From Balanoglossus misakiensis (lineage: Eukaryota > Animalia > Hemichordata): a stretch of 64,000 nucleotides of DNA. The stretch covers positions 9,743,200 to 9,807,199 of the forward strand of contig CM082593.2 in assembly GCA_040954595.2 (NCBI GenBank), in the 5' to 3' direction. Within the stretch, counting starts at the first letter, position 1; every line of letters starts with the position of its first letter. Below the pieces are notes generated by a model. That model did not search any database. It saw only the letters and a program-made list of their open reading frames with translations, and was not told where the DNA came from. The position numbers and the translations under genes were made by a program. This document shows, piece after piece, positions 38,409 to 53,481 of the stretch.

Positions 38409-38627
38409 AGGAATATTCAAGCACTGCAGGAGAATCTAGAGATGGCACAGAAAATAAGAACTTGAATTGAAGAATCAGCAAGATCAACATGCACGACAAA
38501 ATCAACTCATAACACAAAGACAACAACAAAAGCAATTACAAAGATAGCCCAACAACAACAACAAGCAGTGCAAGCACAGCCATCCAATATACAATCAACA
38601 AATCAACAACTAAGACACCACTTTCAA
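38409..38627 (+). pseudogene. Mucin-like exon E, unit 2
   Basis: Copy with the same lesions. Confidence 0.68.
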
Positions 38628-39183
38628 GTAAGTTGTCACAATAATGTGAACAGTGAATATTTTGAAAACCAAGACTGATACCCGTGTCACTCCTGGGAAT
38701 TGTTATGTGGGGAAAAATAAAATCATTTTTCTCATGTTATTTTTAACACCTGTTTACTCCTATAAAAGTGAGTGCATGTGTTTTCGAGTTCTCTTCAATC
38801 CAGAAGCCACTGTATAGGCCTTAGTTGGTGCATGTAGCTCCTAGACTTAGAAATAAAGACGCCTCAAGTCCAGTTGACCATCTCACACTTCTGGCACTGG
38901 TGGGATTCAAACCAACGCCATCGAAATGACTGCAGGTGTCTAAAACCCCTTGACTGTAGGACACAAATGCCTGACAGTGATATAACTATGTTATAATGTT
39001 ACGTCGACACTACATAAGTTTGGGGATATGTTGTCTCAAATGATGAAATTGAGAAAAATTATCCCCATCTTGTTATAATCTGAGCCCAGTTGTCTTTGGT
39101 GTGAGATTCCAGTAGTCAAGAGTAGGCTTACCTTGAATAATGTAATGCTTGTAAATAATTTCTAATTTCCTCTTACCCTCCAG

Positions 39184-39306
39184 ATATGAATGAATGTCAC
39201 AGTGGTGGAAATGCGTGTCAACACTATTGTCAGAATACCCATGGTAGTTATCTCTGCGCTTGCAGACAAGGCTTCAATGTGCTGGAGGATGGCCATGCAT
39301 GTGCAG
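39184..39306 (+). CDS. cbEGF exon C, unit 3
   Basis: Identical by eye to 7529-7651, splice sites intact. Confidence 0.9.
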
Positions 39307-39926
39307 GTATGTAACTGTGGATATTGATCTCTTCTGTGGCTACACTGTTTGGGGATTGTATATTGCTATGGTTACAATAAAACATGCATCCTGTCTGTCC
39401 ATTGCACACATTTTAAAATTTGAAATCAACCGCACACTCGTACTGAACACATGTTTGTTGAAATTGTATCTCAGAATTTTTCCATTTATAATTATGCATA
39501 ATATAAACAAATTAACAAATGTGAAATTTTATCTTTGAAAATTTGTTTGCAAGGGTGAAAAAGTAATCTGTTTTTTTAAAAATCAGACAAAGTTTTGCTG
39601 ACAGGGTACACAAGTTTCAGGGGATTTTGTCAAAATGAGAATGATAGAGAGTGTTAAAATTCCTAGAAAGAGATTGCCATGGATATTGAGGACTTTGGTG
39701 TAAAAACAATCAACTGATCAATTAATATGTGGTTACGAATAAGTGTCATCAACCTCACCTTCTATCCACAATGCTGGATCTATAGACAGTTTTAAAAGGG
39801 GTTTAAAAACTCGTCTTTTTATTCTGCACAATTTCATTCCATTGCTTTTTTTGGTTTAAAGGGAATGTCTTTCAGAACTGTTTTGGTTTCTTTGGGGTTT
39901 TTAAGTGTAATTTTTTTATCCTTTAA

Positions 39927-42900
39927 AGAGCATATCTTAGCTCGAAACACACTTTGAGGATAAATAATAATTGGGCGTGTGTGTTAAATGCTGGTGTCCT
40001 TTTACTTATTTCATATGGATAAATAAATGTTAAATTTAAAAATGTTCAGGGCCTGAGAAAAAACTTCTGTTTGGGCCACGCCCATTTCTGTGACGTCACA
40101 AGAGGAACCCATTTACGTTTGCAAGACTGTACATTGCAGTGGTTGAATTGCAATCATACATGTCTGTGATCTAAACAGCTTTGCTGGGTCAGCCTCTGGA
40201 TCCCCCGTTCCATTCAAAATAAATGTACATATATACCTTTTCATCTAGGGGAGATGCGATTATGAAAAAAATAACACTACTCGGCCCGGTTAGGCTACGG
40301 CTACGCATTGCAAGCAGTACACAACATGCAATGGCAGCGGATGTGTATAGGCACCTTACACATACAATGATTGCTGCCTCGATTAAGATGGGTCCCCCGT
40401 ATCTTTTTGCTCGTTTCTATGGGCCTTTATAGGACACTACACTCAATTTTGATCGAAACCGTTATGAACGTCCGACAAGGGGCTTGTAACTAGTTAAAAA
40501 TACACACGATCGTGTGCACACCCCCTGTCCGAGTATGTTTACGGCAGCTACCGCCCGGCCATAGGCCGCCACGCTAATACGGCAAAGCAGCGGTCAGCGA
40601 TGGCGTGCGCGTCATGTAACCACAGTAACTGGATCGAACGCTAAAAATCCAATGTTTTGTACACAGAGATTTTGTACCGTTCACGAAAATCCCTAAGGCT
40701 TTTTTCATAGGCCACGTACGCCAGTCAAATTTGACCTGCTTGTTGAGAACGCACTTCCACACAGTGTGACGGATCGTTTTTTCGGTTTTCGTCGTGCTAA
40801 GAAGCGATACCGGTGGAAGAGTGCGTCCAAAAACACCTAAAATCGATGACTTTTTCCGCTGTGGTACGGGTATGCTGAAATCGTAGGATACAACGATAAT
40901 ATTCAAAAACAAAATCCGTCACGATCTTCCCTGGTTCAAGCAACTAATGAATACGTATCAAGTTCGTTTTTGAGGTCACGGAATAAAAAGCCTTAGGCTT
41001 TTGAAATTTGACCTAGCTAATTTGCATATCAATGGCGTCAGGGGGCGCGCGCTCACAATCGTGCAGATTTTCAACTAGTTACCAGCCCCTTGTGAGACTC
41101 TGAAAACGGCTTAGTCCAAATCGGGGTGTAATGTCCTGCAAAGGCCCATAGCAACGGGCAAAAAGATCCGGGGGACCCATCTTAAACCGTGGAATATTGC
41201 CCAGAGGTTTAGGACTAGAGTGTTGGGTCTCAATCTACTTATCTTGGACAATGTCAACTTATTGACAACTGATATATCGTGGTCTTTTGGCGATTTTCGA
41301 TCACTGCCTCAACAGACAAAATACGCGCGTGTTATTACAAGGGAACTCCATCAGCGCCGATGCGTGTACACGCAGTCAGCAGCGATGACACATATCGCGC
41401 CGCGATGTATATGTACCATGCCAGCACTAAAATTCTGTCTTCTGAATTACATGTAAGCTATATGCCTTTTTGGTGATGACAAACAGAAACATTTATGACT
41501 TGTCGCTGTAATCATGAAAGTTCCTTCACATGCTTCATACTGCATTATAACAAAATGAAACCATACAACCAACAGCAACAGGCGATCATGCCGGGCCGAC
41601 CCACTCACGCTCACAAAGCATGAAACATTTTCATTGATACACACGAATATCCAAGTTTGGAAACGGTTTTCACTCACACGAGGCAAAATTTATTCAACAC
41701 ATTTTGTTTCAAAATTTGTACAGTGTGTTTTGGAGCCGATGAGTCGGACATAGTGCGTTCAAGTTTTCACATTGATTGCTGTCAACCTTAATTATCGAAG
41801 TTTGCGGTCCCTGGGTACCGGGTAGCCAGACGAAAGAGTGAATAATTATAAGCAATCTCGACATGATGTCGGCCAGCGCAAAATTGTGTTTACGCATCCT
41901 GCCAGTTCACCTACTACTGTGTAATCGCGGTCGCTGGAACACTGAATGAACACCAATATCGGGTATAAACGATCAGTTGTGCTCTGAATTGAATATTGAT
42001 CACTGGTCGACCTCTCCTACTGACAGGCTTCTATTTTCCTGTAAGGGTGTGGATTGTCTTCTCGTGATTCAAACCTGGCCGATTATCATTCAACGGTCAT
42101 GCATTGACAGTTACGGCCGCCGCCGCCGGATGGCTTCATATCCACCGTACAATATCGATGATCGTGGCATAGACTTTCATTGGTTTTCGGGGAATTCACA
42201 CGGGTGACTTCCGTCTAGGTAATGTGTTGCTGCAACCACGGCAACCACCTCTTTTTCCCATTGTGGTATTACACAGAAAAGCACGAAAACACCGTATGTG
42301 GAAATTTCAGAAAATGAGCATTTTAAAAGCATGTCAGGCATTTTTTGGTACAAGCTGGGAACAAGTTGTTTTTGGATATTTCGAATACGCTGATTTCGAA
42401 TTTGCCTGTTCCCAAAAATTCTTTTCACGTTTTCATGTCGAAAATGGCAAATTAATTTGTGACGTCATAATTTCAAAATACCTAAAAGAAAACGCTGTTT
42501 GTAGCCATTATGGTGCAATATCACAGGTCAACACCATAATAGTCTATTGAAATCGTATTCTTATATTCATTTAAATACTTTTAAACAATTTGTTTAATTT
42601 AGAAACATTTGGTGAATTGGTAAAAATGCTAATTTATGTTAATTAGGTGACACACCCATCTAAAATCAATGGGTCTACAAAAGAGAGCCAACGGTGTTAA
42701 GTGAGGTGTCTATTCCAATGTTTTCAGGGTCAAGGAATTCAAATATGCAATCGGTTACCTTGTCAGACAAGGTGCAGCATGGAAAATATGCAAAATTAGC
42801 TTAATTAGTCATGATGTCATGCTAAAATTGACAACTGAAAGCTAAAGATACGACTATGGCCTGTGAGGTGTCTATTCATATGTTTTTTGACAAATGTTTG

Positions 42901-45900
42901 CATTTTAATGAATAACTGAAATGAAACTTTCCATATTAGTATGTAATAGCATGTAAAAAACAACAAAAACAAACAAACTAACAAACAAACAAACAAATAA
43001 ACATACACAACAAGGATTTAGTTTAGACTGTACATGCTCGCTGGTAACATCGTGACCAACCGCTCCGTTAAAAAACACCAGAACAAAGAACGTATGAACG
43101 TTTAGGTCCACAATTCACAAGTTATTGAACTATGAATGTATGTTCAATGCTGTGAAAAGCCAAAAACATACTTTTTGCCAAAAAAAATGACATTTGTTAA
43201 CGTACAAGTTGTTCATTAATAGCGAAAGCACCGTATGGCCACACTCACATTATGCCAGCACCGTATATTCATGCTTAGTTATAAGACGTTGAATGCACAC
43301 TGATGGCCCGACGTCCTCATTGTTTTTTTGAAACCCGGTCTCTAACAACAATTTCTCTTCATAAGTAAAGAGTAATGTGTATTTTTATTACGGTTTTATA
43401 TATGATACTGTGTGCAAAGTGAAGATTGTGTGTCAGTGAGGCAACATATATACATGTATATTTAATCCACTTGGGTGTCGTACTTGGCTCAGATGTGTGT
43501 TAATGTGTACTAAACAAATTCAGAGAGCGAGCCGCCAATACAGATAATCTCACCCACAAAATACCAATTATAAAAAAACAAAATAAATTCATATTACAAT
43601 ATTTGAAACAAGAAACTGCTCAAAGAGTAATTTTCAAAATATTTATCATCGCTAAACTAGTTATAGGGGTAAATACAGGATCGAGATTCAGTCGCTAAAG
43701 AAATTCAAGTTTGGTAATAACACCGGTTACAACAAACTTAGTTAAAACATTGTATAGCCATAGATATATTATAATAGTGGCCTGGCATAAACAAAATTTT
43801 CATAACATTTGGGCATTTTGTGATAAAAGTTTAACAAGTAAAGCTCAGTTGATTCGTTCTTTTCCCCATAAAAATATCTTTGATGAACAAAATTCCAAAT
43901 TTAGTCAACCCAGGAAAAACGGCATCTTGTTTCTCAACCTTATAAATTGATCTGACCAGTTTGAATCAGTGCAGAATCTAGCTTTTCTATTTTATCTTCA
44001 TCAAATGATTCATGCAAATAAAGAATCACTTCCCCATAAAATGGTGGCAGAAATCCAGTATCATGACAGTCGATTGGTTTGTTAAAGTTACTATAGAAAC
44101 TAACTATGTCTAGGTTGCATGTACATAGATAGATGTTAGGAATCCAAATCAAAATCTGTTTCAAACTTTTCATCCAATACTTGTCCTTCGGAAAGCGTTT
44201 TGATGAAGTCGCTTGAAGTGCTTTGTATTGCTCAAGTTATCGAAAATTTTAATCGCACCTTGATGATAGTCAGCAGTTCTATTTTGACATGTTATTTTGT
44301 GTATTTTTGAACCCCCAAAATCAAAGAATAAAATGATAATGTGAAAATAAGCTTCAAAACACCAAAAGTCTTCAGGATCACAGCTTTTCTGTAAAGAGTA
44401 AGATTTCGCTTACTTCATGCTATTAAATGAAATGAAGTTTTCCGTAATATCTCTTGCAAAGTCAGATTACACATTGAGATATTAGAATGGAAGTACATTC
44501 CAAGTGACTTGTTGGGAGCATTGGGCCACCTAATCCCAGAAAATTGCAATAAGACCTGTTTTTCCATTTACCAATCTAAAGGCCAACTGCTTGTATATTT
44601 AGTTGGGTTTCTATAATTAACACACATTTTTGACAATATTTATGGCATGATGGACACTATTCTCGACAAATAAAATAATGTTGTGTCCTCCGCTGTAATT
44701 TTTATGAGTTTGGAATCATAGACACCATTTATTTTTTGGTCAACTCTGTTAACAGTCGACAAAATTGCTGGAGTGGAACTGATACATGATCTAAAGTATC
44801 AAGACATATGGTCGATTATTAGCGTTTCAGCAATTCGACTTAAGTTTCTTAAATTTCCTATGGCATTTTGACAAACATCAACGCCCCGAAAAAACGTTGT
44901 CAACGCTGCGGTCGCGATTGTGGTCGAAACAAAGCCGACATTTCCGCATGGTTCGTTACCTGGGGTCCATTTAGATTGCATTGCGTTTGAGGCCCTATGT
45001 GTACGTATGTCTGTCGACCAATACACGTGACGACCGCGGACTCAGTTTGGATCAACGTCTATTTCGGGCAGTAGACTCTCCTATCAAGTTGATAAGGAAA
45101 TTTTACCAGTCACGAGTAAGCCAAGCCCACATCCGTGTGCAAATCTGATATATCGGTGATCTGTTTATATGATTATCATTAGCTAAGGTGGTAAACTGTT
45201 GTGATTCATATGTGTAATTTACGTACTGCAAGTTAAATATCGCAATTAGCCTAATGTTTGACCATAGACAGTATGCTTTGATTTCTAGAAGAGCACCTAT
45301 TAATCCGAGAACAAAGGGATTAAAAGTTACGCCGTTAAATTGTGTTTTAATAACTTACTTACCCTATAAGTAGTTTAGTAACCATAATATCTTTGAAAAT
45401 CATTCTTTCCACAGTTCCTTGTATCAAATATAGAAATCTAAATTTATTTTGGTGTTCACAGATGTTATTTGGTGGGTGAAATTATCTGTATTGGTGGCCA
45501 TTTTGAAAAATTGGTTGCCATGGAAACTCATCAACAGATATTTAGTGGCTCGCTATCTGAATTTGTTTAGTACACATTAACACACATCTGAGCCAAGTTT
45601 GGTGCTTTTATCACAAAATGCACAATCGCTATGAAAATTAGGGTTTGGCCGCTCCACTACAGGGCTTTAGACGGCCATATTGAATTGCCACATCGAGGCT
45701 CTTATCTCAAAATGAACTTCACACTTGAAGTATTGTTTTGAACAAGGTTTAAGTCCTTTATTAAAATAAAGAAAAGGTAATTTTTTCCAATGGTTGTGAG
45801 TTTTCAGTACATGTACTGTTACACCTAGCTTTATTATTATTTGGTAGCCAAAAATCAACGAATTATTCATACAATATGCAAATTTGTGCATAATTATTGT

Positions 45901-46413
45901 TTTATTATTGCTATTTTGTGTTTATACAACCAAACAAGTTGTTGATGTAAACATGTAGTTTATTTTCATTGTTTAAGGAGGTACGTGAACATTTCTTTGA
46001 TGCTATTCATGTGAGAATTGCGATCCTTGGCGGCCATATTTGATTTGCCAAAACGAGGCTCTTATCTCAAAAAGATCTTTTGGGAACAGGCATTTTCGAA
46101 ATCAGCGTAGTCGAATTGACCAAAAAACATATTTGGTTTGCTTGTACCAAAAAATGCCAGAAGGGGTCACAATTTCTCAAATCTCCACCTGACTATGAAG
46201 GGTTCCTCTTGTGACGTCACGTCACATGACCAAAATGCAGCAAATCTGAACTCAGATTTTCAGGACAGGGTGGATTTTGAAGTATTTTATGAGAACAAAA
46301 CAAATATTATAGAAATCGATACCCGAAAAATATTGTCACTTTTGGTAAATATTAGATTTCTTTCAATCATTTTTTAACCTTCTGATAAGATTTAAAAAGG
46401 CAAGATATGCTCT
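39927..46413. mobile_element. Kolobok-like nested element, unit 3
   Basis: Same TIR and TTAA TSD as 8272-14757. Confidence 0.78.
40387..41181. mobile_element. TTAA-flanked long-TIR element, unit 3
   Basis: Copy of 8732-9526. Confidence 0.82.
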
Positions 46414-46540
46414 TTAAGCTTTCACTTGTTTTCCAATTTTATTATTTTCAGTAGAAAATGCACTAAGATGTATGTGTATTACGTTTGTCAGGATATAAAT
46501 AATAATAAAATTAAAAATAATAAACTATCTTTGATTTCAG

Positions 46541-46648
46541 ATGTCAATAAGAGAGCAGATCTTTGTGAAGGCCAGTGTGTGAATACAGCAGGCTCTTTTT
46601 ATTGCACTTGTTCTGTGGGATATTGATTGGTCAATGGAGAGTGTACAG
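46541..46648 (+). pseudogene. EGF-like exon D with premature stop, unit 3
   Basis: Same sequence, TGA at 46624-46626. Confidence 0.86.
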
Positions 46649-47504
46649 GTAAGACCAGCACAATATGTGGACAACGAAAGGTCCAGTATCTGTAACTTTT
46701 GAATTTTTATTCAGTATTTTTCTGGTTATCAACCATCATTTCTTGTTCAGCTCGATGAAGCAGGGTAAGCAATGTTGTTATGTTTAAACATTGTATTCAA
46801 GCCTGGGTCTGGACTTGGATGCAATTTGTCAATAATAACAGTGATTGGTAACTGCATGTTTACATAACTGGCTAACTGTTAAAGAGACCAGCTGTTCTAT
46901 TTGGTGTGTGTACAGTACACATGCCATTGGCAGCTTATGGGTCAGCCAATGTTTGCCTGTTGATCTCTTGATGTGTGTGTGTGTGTGTGTCTGTCTGTAT
47001 ATGTACTCTGGTGTAGACTTTTTTCTTGTATTATCCGTGAATGGGACCACCGTGTACTTAACGCAATTTCTTACACTCATCAGGGATATTTTGGCTTGTC
47101 TAACACGAGCTAAAAATATCCCCAACTCGTCTGAGAAATCTTTTACCAGGTCCTAAGGTTGTGAGACTAATAGAATCTCACACTCCCAAGGACTTGGGAT
47201 CATATTTCTCACATGTGTTGAGGATTTTCTGTCCCAAACAAGCTGCAGGCGAGTGTGGGACAAAATATCCCTGACGAGTGTGAGAAATATGATCCCAGGT
47301 CCTTGGTGTGTGAGATTATATTTCTCACACGGCCACAAATTAGCCAAATTTGTTTAAAAACATTAAATAAATGACTCTTGAACTGTCATCTGGCACGTTG
47401 TAGTTTCTGTATCATAGGATAACATTTAGCTTTGTCATCCAATCTGAATCAGCGCTCGTGTCATATACAGCTTTCGATTCAGTGAGAATGTGTGATTGAT
47501 TTGT

Positions 47505-48663
47505 TGTTCATTGTTCAGGTGCACAACAGTGCACGTTAATTGATTGTCAAGGCCTCCAGCCCATAGGTAAGAGGGCATAAAGGTAATCAGAAAATTGTAC
47601 GAAAATGAAATAAATAATACATGTACTCAAATAATATAAATGACAACATCAAGCAGCACTTGTGTGGAAGTACGTACTCGGGATACAAAGTGAGGAACTT
47701 AGCAGATTAAGTTTTTTAACACATTTTCTCTAAGTTTAAAGGCATTGTAAACATAAATACTTGAGGATTCTGATGCGCTCATGATATTAACAAACATTTG
47801 AATGTGGGGAATTTTAGTGTAACCAATATATTGTTTTCTAAGACTGTCATATAAGGGGCAAACAAGTAAAAAGTGATACTCGTCTTCTATTTGTTCACCA
47901 GAGCATAGCCTACAGTGTCTCTCTGAAACGTCCACGTTCTGATCTCTTCCCTCCTCTATTGCAAGAGGAAGGGCAGAACAGCGAAAACATGCAAAAATGT
48001 CTTTGACATTACGTGTACAGTTGACATTAACTACTTTTCAGGCTGTAACAATGATTTAAAATGTGTGTATGTACGGAGTTTGGTTTTGGACGGACAGTGT
48101 GATTTCCATTGTTGCTTCAAAATATCTGAAATTCTTGTCTCAAATGCTGAAAGGAACAAACGCTTATCGCCTCTTTCCTGAGAAATCCAGGCGAAAATAA
48201 AATGTGTTTCACCGATGTTGCCCAAGTGTGACGGCCTAAACAGTCAAGATTACGTATGTAGCATTAAATATGCTTGCCTAGGGAGTCTTTCCTGTGGCAT
48301 CTCTATAAGTTTCACCCAGTAACGAATACAACGTTTCATTGTGTGAACATACACTGGCAACCGCCCACATTCTCCAATTACAGCTTCATTGGTAGTGCTC
48401 CTTGGCACACCTAGAAAAATTCTGCACCATGTTCTTTGCACTTTTTCTATGATGTCATAAAACTCAAGTCTCCGATCCATAACAAAAAATGGGTAAGATC
48501 ATGGCATCAAACACCTTGAAGTGACATTCAAATGGCATATACCCTAGTTTCCACCTGGCAACTGAGAGTAGAGACAACACCTTGCTGGCTTGATTAGCCA
48601 ATGTTTGCACTGCTCTGGACCAGGTGTTGCGATTAAACAAAAGTGAACCTAGGAGTTTGAACA
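47505..48663 (-). mobile_element. RTE-X-like LINE fragment, unit 3
   Basis: ORFs 47699-48736 repeat unit 1. Confidence 0.83.
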
Positions 48664-51600
48664 ATGTCCTTGTAATAGACAGGTTTTGGTTGAGACAGGT
48701 TTTACTGTATTTTGATACATGCTCTGGCTTAACCATTTCACCACCATGGTACAGTCCAAACCCGTTGTTTTCTATGGTAAGGTTGGACCTCTAAAAAGGG
48801 AACTGGGAGGTTCTTTCTGGGAATCTCTTTATTTCTTCTGTCACAAAAATTGCATGGGAGTTCTAATTCTAAAAGGAGCACTGATTTGATAAAATATCTC
48901 AAAGTCAAGTTTTGGATGTGGCTCTAGTTCAAGTATTGTAGGTGACTAGTTTTCCGGAGTTCAAGTCTGTATACTTGCAGTAGAGTTGGTCACATGGACT
49001 TGGGTAATCTGAGTGTGGTCAGAAATTGAACTTACACACACACATTGATTGAGTTAAGAACATGTCTGGTGTATTACTGTAATATGACTAGATACTGCAA
49101 ATGCATACACAATAAGCGTATGTTAAAATACACAGTTTTCATTGATATATCTGATTCATGAAATTAAATACACATGTTCATTAAAACCCACTATGATAGA
49201 GCACCCCCACTGTTCAGAATGTCAGTTTTGAAGTCCTATATCTATGACGTCATGCCTAGCTGTCAATGTTAACTGATGTGTACTTGTACTACTTGTAAAT
49301 GGAAGTACTTTAAAGTAAAGCTCAGATGTAAGGGTTTTGTAAAATAAATATAATATTAAAACATTGCAATCATTTTAGTCCTTCGGAACAGCGGTTCAAT
49401 TGACTAATGTGATCACTCTGTGTGCGGCATATGGCATATTAAGCATTTAGTATTTTTCAATCAGAAGCCATTAATCCTGTGATTAATTCTGCTTCTTGCA
49501 ACACTGATTTTAAATCACCACACATGAATATTTTTATCCAAAGGACTGTGGTGCCCAAGTTTTTATGATAAGATAAACAAACAGTGAAATTCACTGAAGA
49601 AGTGAGTGAGCACTTGGCCTATCATTGTTCAATGAAATGTGACCACCAATTCATTGACGCCTTGAGCATAGCAACAACAACCTGTGTATTGACGATACTG
49701 CCTGTAGCCTTTCAGTTGATGTTGCTTGATGTACATATATGACTGGAGTCGATCATTTGTGTTTTTTGTTGCATTGTTATTTTTAACAGCGTATTAAGCA
49801 ATTTTTGTTTGAGTTCATCATTCAGTGATGGTAGCTGACTAAAATCAGTGATTGTCGTCAGGTTATGTATTTCAATTTTCAGGATGACTGCTTTTGTAAT
49901 AAATTCACAAGTTCTGTGACCGTCACAATAGTGTTCTGAATTATTGGTTTGTTTTCCTGTAGTGTGCATTTACATGTTCCCAGATAGGAAGTTTTAATGG
50001 GTATTAGTGTCAACATCCACAAGTGACTTGAGGCCAGTGAACTTGCAGTTGTGTGTAGTTTGGATATTAGCTTGTGGTGATATTAACATGGCGAATATCA
50101 AAATAGTACAAACAAATGTTTAAAACAGGACATATCCATAGCTTTCCCTTTCATAATTGGACTGTATTGTTATTGAAGTACAAAGACTTTCCAGCAACAT
50201 GACATGGCTGGATTTTTTTGTAGGAAACAAGTCCGGCTGCTATTTGCTGTCTTTGTATTACACTACTAGTAACATCTCCATTTCTAGCTTTGCACCTCAC
50301 ATTCAATGAATAGACCTGTGGATGTTTTGACACTTCTCGTCAATGAATGTGTATGGCTGCAGTTTATCAAATGATACACAAATCAAAGGAACAAACAGTG
50401 ACTTTTATTTCTTTTGAGAACCTTGCATTCTTATATTTAAATGCTCACTCACTGGCCCCAATTGCAAAATAGCAACATTTAATACATGCGATATTCAATG
50501 CGTTTACAGTATTCAAAAATGTTTGAAATTGAATATTGTGCCAAAGAGTGGTGTTGTCAGTCCAAATATCAAAGCATTGAATGATTGTTCACAGTTTCCT
50601 GTATGGTTTGGCCCACCTCTTGTGAAAAGATGACTTGTGATATAGTGTTGTACATTGACAAGAAATATATATACATGTATTTTAAATAATTCATATTTTC
50701 AATCTAGAAGTGGGAGCTGCTTCCTCAAGATATAATTGACTGTCAGAATGAAAGGCAAGCGATTCACACAAGTTAACTCCAACACAACAACTCTTCAATT
50801 AAATAATTGACATCAGATAACCACAAAGGCATTATTCAAATAAATTGTATAAATGCAGTTACAAGATTTGATGTCTGAAATTTACTGATATGTGTAGATT
50901 TTGTCAGCATTTCCCTTTCTGGGTTACTTTGCGATTAGTTGTTTTGCGTAGTAGAATGGAACAGTGCCCGGTCCGGATTGGTCACATTAATGTTCAGAGA
51001 GAAAGTTAATTTGGCAACTGCTCATTGTATGAAAGGTCATAGGGTTAAGATGTCTTATGTCAAAGTCACTTATGAATCCCTTAAAGATAAATGTAACCTA
51101 TCTTATTGACAGATAAGCCAGCAACAACAGAGAAATGTTATACACCCAAATGCTATCAACGAGGTGAGCTTCTGTCTATCTAGGAAATGGTGCCACACTG
51201 CTACTGATAAGGACAAAAAAAGAGTTTTGTTTAGCGCGTAGGAAAATGTCAAAAATTTTAGTTATGGTAAACAACCAACACGCAAACATTTATTTTCTTT
51301 TCAATTGTTTGATAAAATTATTATAACTATCCCAAAATTTGCAGCTTGTGTGCCTTTAAAATTCAAATTCCTGTCCAAAGGGTGTCTACCCCTGCTGGTC
51401 AACTGTTATATAGGCAATTTACACAAACACGTACCAGTATAGATTCGACCACAGTCCTGTTGGCAAACATGCTCCAATGGTCTTTGCAGACAACCATCAT
51501 AAATGCATGAAACGCAGCACGCTCATTCAGTCCGATAATAGGTGCTAAAACATAACATTTTGACATCACTAACATTTTTCCCAGTGACCAAATTTTCTCA

Positions 51601-53306
51601 GTTTGAATCGACTGTTGATTTTGTGGAAACATTAACATGGCCAGTTTTGTCCAGTGGCTGTGATTGAAACCATCTCCAATACCAGAAAAATGCTGATCCA
51701 AAACAAACGTTAAGCACAAATTGTCATTTTGACTCGTATACTCAGAGTTTCGGAAACTTGATCAAGTAATATGACTTCAGAGAGGGGGGGGAGCAGTATC
51801 CCCTTCCATTTATTGGCTGTTTAAACAGATGTGTCAGTTATGTTGAAGCATTCTTCTTGCTTTATGCAGATGCAATTTGCGCCCCCATCCTCTACATACT
51901 GTAATCAGTCTCAGTGTTTGCCTGCTCGAGATTGTCAGTTTTTCATTAAAAGGAAATATTCATTTAAATTAAGCTTTAAATAATCTTATATATGATATTA
52001 ATTATGTCTATTAAATGACATTTCATAATATATCAAGATCAACACTTATGTATGACAAAACAGGCCAAAAATGAAAGAAAATCTAAAATTCCTGTATTTT
52101 TTAAAAAGTGCAATTTTGCAATGAAAAATGAAAATCTAATGTTTCAGCGGTGTACATTTACTTGCATGAGTTCTAGTGGAGGAGATCATGTTTTGTTTAT
52201 GAAGTTCAATAGTCAGAAATGCAACGTTTTCATTGTTTCTTGCATTTCCCACGGTGGCAGCCATATTCCTTTATGGCAAAGCTTTATTATTTATCTGGTT
52301 AAAACTTGCAAATGCACTCATATTTAGGGTTAAAAATACTTGTATACAGTTCAGTGCCTACATCTGCATGGACTAATACTAGTAAAGTTTGAAAAAAAAT
52401 GATAATTATCCCTAAAGTTTCAACTTATATGCCTGTAAGCGACATACCTTGTATGTGCATGAATTTGTCGTCAACCGGAAACGGATTACTTGTATGAAAA
52501 TGTTTGGAGTTCTCGCAGCGATTTTAAATTCACCACTATTTTCTTGGGCTGGCCATCTGAAAGGCAGCATGGTTGTCAAAGGATAAATCTTTTATGTCAA
52601 CCGAGCAACATATTTAATATCATGAAGTGTACACAACATTTGCACTGCTGGAACTATCATGACCACAATACTTGTTTACAATACTTGTTTACCATGGAGG
52701 TCAACTGGACCCCTATAAAAACGGTAGAACCGTTTTAATCCAGCTGACTTTCAAATTGCAAAGTACCATCACAATCAAATTTGATAAGCCTATTTATATG
52801 CATTAATTCAAGTTTAAAGGAAAACTCATGAAAAAATGTGCGTTTTGTGTTTACCCCACTGTGTTCACTGATCAGGTTTGCAAAATACATTCAACCTTAT
52901 GTAGTATGGTAATCAAACACTTAAAATGTGATGTCATATAACAAAGGCGTGTTGAAATACCCTGAAAGAAATAAAGTGTCTGTTTTACTTCTTACAATAT
53001 ACCATGCCAACAATTCTGCTGATGCAAAATTCAGTTGATGCAACACTTACAGATGTATGCACAGAACATAAAATCAGTATGGGAACCCTCCATTAAAACT
53101 TTTGCACTTTGTACCTGACTTGGCTATTGTCAAGTCGTGTCACTTAATATGTAATATTACCTGTAATCTGTTTGGTTTTGTTATTATTTTGTTATTTCAT
53201 GCGTCCTTGAGCTTGGTGGGTGACACACTTTACACACCTGCTTGTTGCATGCATGGCACTACTTTTTGACTAAAAATGTTCCTTCCAGGCCATTAAATTA
53301 CCTATA

Positions 53307-53481
53307 CAGTAAAACTCCAATTATCCATATCCAATTATCCGAACTGTTTGGTTATCCAAACTGCTGTCATGTCCCCCAAACAGTTCTTTTGTATAGGATC
53401 GCTATCCGAATAACCGAACTGTCTGCATATCCGAACAAAATCAATGTCCCCCTGTCAGTTCGGATAATTGGAGTTTTACTG
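53307..53481. mobile_element. Tc1/mariner MITE, unit 3
   Basis: Copy of 21403-21577. Confidence 0.88.

Larger units (their letters stand above)
22792..38732 (+). repeat. Large tandem repeat unit 2 (15,941 bp)
   Basis: Near-identical to unit 1. Has a 214-bp segment (36224-36437) missing in unit 1, a +6 bp slippage at ~35150 and a longer G-run at ~35816. Confidence 0.98.
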
